From Chrysomallon squamiferum (lineage: Eukaryota; Animalia; Mollusca): 64,000 nucleotides of DNA. The notes beneath the pieces were generated by a model, which saw only the letters and a program-made list of their open reading frames with translations, made no database searches and was not told where the DNA came from. A program made the position numbers and the translations under genes. Shown one piece after another: positions 63,331-64,000 of this stretch. The stretch covers positions 8,680,001 through 8,744,000 of the forward strand of contig CM022675.1 in assembly GCA_012295275.1 (NCBI GenBank), in the 5' to 3' direction. Numbering within the stretch: the stretch's first letter is position 1; the number at the start of each line of letters is the position of its first letter.

Positions 63331-63788
63331 TGTAATTAGGTTTATAGAAAGTATTATAATTGTTGTTATTATTATTATCATTATTATTATTATTATTATT
63401 AATATTTTTCTTCTTCTTCTTCTTATTATTGTTGTTGTTGTTGTTGTTGTTGTTCTTATTATTGTTATCATTATTATCATCATCATTATCATTATTATTA
63501 TCATTATTTTATTATTATTATTATCATTATTATTATTATTATTAATATTATTATTTTTATTTTTATTTTTATTATTACTGATATTATTATTATTGTTGTT
63601 GTTGTTGTTCTTATTATTGTTATTATTATTACTGTTATTATTATTTTTATTACTATTATTATTAATACAGTTATTGTTATTATCATTAAGGTTATTGCTA
63701 GTGTTATTGTTATTATTATTATCATAGTTATTGTTATTATCATCATTTTTATTATTATTGTTATTGTTGTTATTATCATTGTTGTTGC

Positions 63789-63831
<43 letters not shown>

Positions 63832-64000
63832 TTTATTTTTATTATTATTATTATGTAGGTAAAAATGCGACAACAGAATCATCTAATTCGAAAAATAAGT
63901 TTAATAAATCTATTTCTAATTTTAAGATTTACATTTTACATATAATCATGGCATCTCCATCTGATCCTTTTGTAGAATGTGCTTGTCATCTTTCACTATT

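Overview
AT-rich, microsatellite- and minisatellite-saturated animal genomic DNA; the repeat style suggests a mollusc or gastropod, but this is inference only. It carries one large multi-exon gene on the + strand: a Gli2/3-like (cubitus interruptus family) Hedgehog-pathway zinc-finger transcription factor. I reconstructed 16 phase-consistent GT-AG coding exons by hand (31240..50406, about 1,556 codons; the first coding exon was not found). They encode the GLI3-like N-terminal DPRNG/EGRYH region, the SUFU-binding SYGHL motif, five C2H2 fingers, the PKA RRxS cluster and the conserved C-terminal DMSSxLTxLAEE motif. As given, the gene has three indel sites (ZF3, the ZF4-5 linker and the last exon), most likely long-read consensus errors. 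The most unusual signal is that several exon edges, splice sites included, have been copied into decaying tandem arrays inside the adjacent introns, leaving intact decoy donors and acceptors. Other features are an 8-copy tRNA-like A/B-box tandem array, an exact 30-bp direct repeat bracketing the last coding exon, a Tc1/mariner deletion-derivative MITE, a candidate Gli promoter and 5'UTR exon with Gli-like sites, and a probable E2F/ETS promoter of a neighbouring gene at the right edge. Nearly all other ORFs in the supplied track are microsatellite artefacts.
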